In this document: positions 61,554-64,000 of the stretch, one piece after another
How positions within the stretch are numbered: position 1 is the stretch's first letter
Layout: each line of letters starts with the position of its first letter
Assembly: GCA_040954595.2 (NCBI GenBank)
Contig: CM082586.2
Coordinates: forward strand, 7,533,337-7,597,336
Direction of reading: 5' to 3'
Length of the DNA: 64,000 nt
Source of the DNA: Balanoglossus misakiensis
Taxonomy: Eukaryota; Animalia; Hemichordata
The notes under the pieces: generated by a model
What the model was told of the DNA's origin: nothing
Seen by the model: the letters and a program-made list of their open reading frames with translations, nothing else
The model's database searches: none
Program-made: the position numbers and the translations under genes

Positions 61554-61862
61554 CTTAAAGGCACGTAAGCTGCAACTTTTGGGATAATTTTCATAATTTT
61601 TATTTCAAACTGAACTACCATTAGTCTATGCAGATGAAGGCAGTGAACTAAACACAAGCATTATAAACCCTAAATATGAGTGCATATGCAAGTTCTAACC
61701 AGATAAATAATAAAGCTTTGCCGCAAGCGATTATGGCCGCCACCTTGGGAAAATGCAAAAAACAACGAAAATGTTGCATTTCCGGTTATGAAACTTTATA
61801 AACAAAACATGATCTCATCCACTTTTTGGCCATTTTGTCATAAATAAGTGTTGAGCTTTATA
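61554..61862. mobile_element. Degenerate Kolobok-like element
   Basis: ttaaaggcacgtaagctgcaac... start resembles the element at 35857; the right end is uncertain. Confidence 0.35.
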
Positions 61863-63826
61863 TATTATCATGAAATATCATTTAACAGACATGATTAAAA
61901 GCATATATGAGATTATTTAAAACTTTAATTTTTTTATCCAGTTGCAGCTCATGTGCCTTTAATTGGCCACCTTCACTTATAATGTACCTTGATGTACCAT
62001 ACAACACTATGTCAATGTCAAATACAACAAACTTATCCCAATGCTTAAAAGCATATCTGACATGACTAATCAATCATTGGTTACCTATGACCTTTGTAAT
62101 CCATGAGGCAAATTCAAATCTGTCACTGCCATTCAAAATACTCTGATATCAGCTGTTAACCTTGACTGGAGTGATTTATGCAGAAATATCAATCTGTCAT
62201 TTATTAGTCTAAATTTTCTTTGTTTGATTTGTAAACAATATGGGCAAGTCATATTTTATATGGCAACCACAACTGGGGTAAACTCAAACTTGCACACTAA
62301 AATATCAATATTCACACAAACACTTCTTGTCTAGTACAACTTAAGAACTGTATGTTGAAATTAGAACCACAAAACTACTATGAAGACACTGTTAGGCTTG
62401 GCATCAAAAATATTCCTACAATAATTGAACACCACTTTTTCTCAGAAGATATTGTATTATTTGTCAACCACCTGCACAAGAATTCATTTGATTCATCAAT
62501 TTACAAAACTGAAATATATTTAATCACTTTGATAGTATAATAGCATTTTCCATGTCTTTTCCTTGAAATTGCAGCTCAACCTCTACACTTCATTAAAAAA
62601 AAATTGGAGTATACTTTGTAGGCTAGGTGATAGAATGAATACAGTACAGGACACACTGTTGTACACATCTGGAAGTTTTATGTCAATATGAGACACTTCC
62701 ATGTTTTCTCTTACTGGCTATTTTTATTAGAATGATAGAAAGAGAAAAGTTTGTGTATATCTTTACTCAAAAACATAAACTTCCTCTTGTGAATTTTGTA
62801 TCTGGTACTTTAGTTCCACCCCCAGCAGCACCTTGGTCCACTGTCTGTTCAAGTTTGCAACTTTTTGAGTTTTGTGAATTTTGGCTGTTACTTCACTCCC
62901 TGAGTGTGTTGTTGAGCAAAAAGTTTTCATGTGCAATGATATAATGTATTTACTGTAACGTAAAAATTGGTGTAAAGCCTGATTTCTATTTTTAAACAGA
63001 TGTAACTAAATGAATCTCTCATCGATGTGAAAATTATCAAAACGGAAAAATGGTACCCCAGGACAGTTTTCTGAACCGTATCCTGTGCTTATGTCAGAAG
63101 ACCGCAGTGCAGTTGTTGGCTTCATGAGACAGACTGTGAGAGAGAGAGGGGGGGGGGAGAGAAAGAGGGGGAGGGAGGGAGGGAAGGTAGAGTTGTTTCA
63201 TTGTTCATAGATGAGTTTGGGAGATGGGTAAAACATCACAACACTAATCATTTTCGTATTTGGTGTAAGCAAGCAATACTTTTCAAGCGCCTTCATTTAC
63301 CACGTGTGCACGCGGGCGCAAAAAACAAACTGGCTGGGGTGGGCAAGCTGCGGGTTGGTCGACCGTACCGAGTCGACTTCCGAAAGTCTTCGGGATTTTT
63401 CGGAGACATTCGTATCAGTCGACTGGAGTCGTTGTTTTGCTATCAAAATGCTTGTTTTAGGTAACAGCAACAAGGCGATTTCTCTACCGAATCGACTTCG
63501 GGAAATTTCATGTTTGTCCGGGGTTTCAGTTTGAAATAGCGCCATCCTAAATAGCAACCATATTATTAGTCGGAAATGAATAATTAATGTTCGGCATATC
63601 CCGTGTACGGCGACGCACATCTTCGGAAAGGGTGGACGTCGACTTTATTCTATTTAACTTCGTTGGACTGGATCTAAATATCCCAATCTGTATATATTTT
63701 TAGGACTTCGGAAACACTAAGGTGGCGAGTCAAGCTTTGGAATCGTCGTTTAAGTTGGCATAAATTAATCTTCGGCATACACGAGTCATATTTAAACGAG
63801 CTGTTGAGTGAATTTTAATATTCAAA

Positions 63827-63866
63827 ATGGCGGACGCAGCGTCAAAGGAGATTGATGAAAAGACAG
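63827..63866 (+). CDS. Probable first coding exon of an unidentified gene (MADAASKEIDEKT...), continuing beyond the window
   Basis: Good Kozak/YY1-type context aaaATGGCGG, 40 nt, followed by CAG|GTATAT, downstream of a CpG-rich zone (63300-63850). Too short to identify. Confidence 0.55.
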
Positions 63867-64000
63867 GTATATGTCCCTTACATATTCATTTTTACTATTT
63901 TAGCATAATTTATTTCTTAAACAAGTGACGGCGAAATTCATGTCACTTATGAGCACTAGCTTCCTTGGATATTTTTTTCTTATTTTTGGCGAGCTGCCTC

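Noticed and set aside
1-64000. Prokaryotic systems, autonomous transposase/RT genes, tRNA or rRNA genes
   Set aside because: All coding sequence is spliceosomal-intron-containing animal genes. There is no long transposase or RT ORF, and no tRNA/rRNA pattern was recognised by eye.

Overview
AT-rich, intron-rich animal genomic DNA. The gene content and repeat style suggest a marine invertebrate deuterostome, but this is not provable from the window. I assembled the exons by hand from splice sites and reading-frame phase. In order, the window holds: (1) the 5' part of an APP-family gene (minus, runs off the left edge); (2) an unnamed 11-exon, ~409 aa gene encoding a Cbl-TKB/SHK-like helical + EF-hand-like + SH2 module with a poly-Q/basic insert and no RING or kinase (minus); (3) LRRC58 (minus), head-to-head with (4) PEX19 (plus, ends in CaaX CVVM); (5) a ~12 kb stretch of many small exon-like segments, duplicated modules and satellites with no coherent ORF; (6) DEDD (plus, with a GC-AG first intron), tail-to-tail with (7) an O-fucosyltransferase-family type II membrane protein (minus); (8) the probable first exon of an unidentified gene at the right edge. 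Non-autonomous DNA transposons are abundant: Harbinger-, piggyBac-, Kolobok- and TA-TSD-type MITEs, Helentron-like elements and foldbacks. The most notable items are the RING-less Cbl-TKB-like SH2 gene and its position among genes whose human homologues map to the 1q23/3q13/11q23-24/19q13/21q paralogon, which also carries CBL, CBLB and CBLC. All homology statements rest on recalled family motifs, not database searches.
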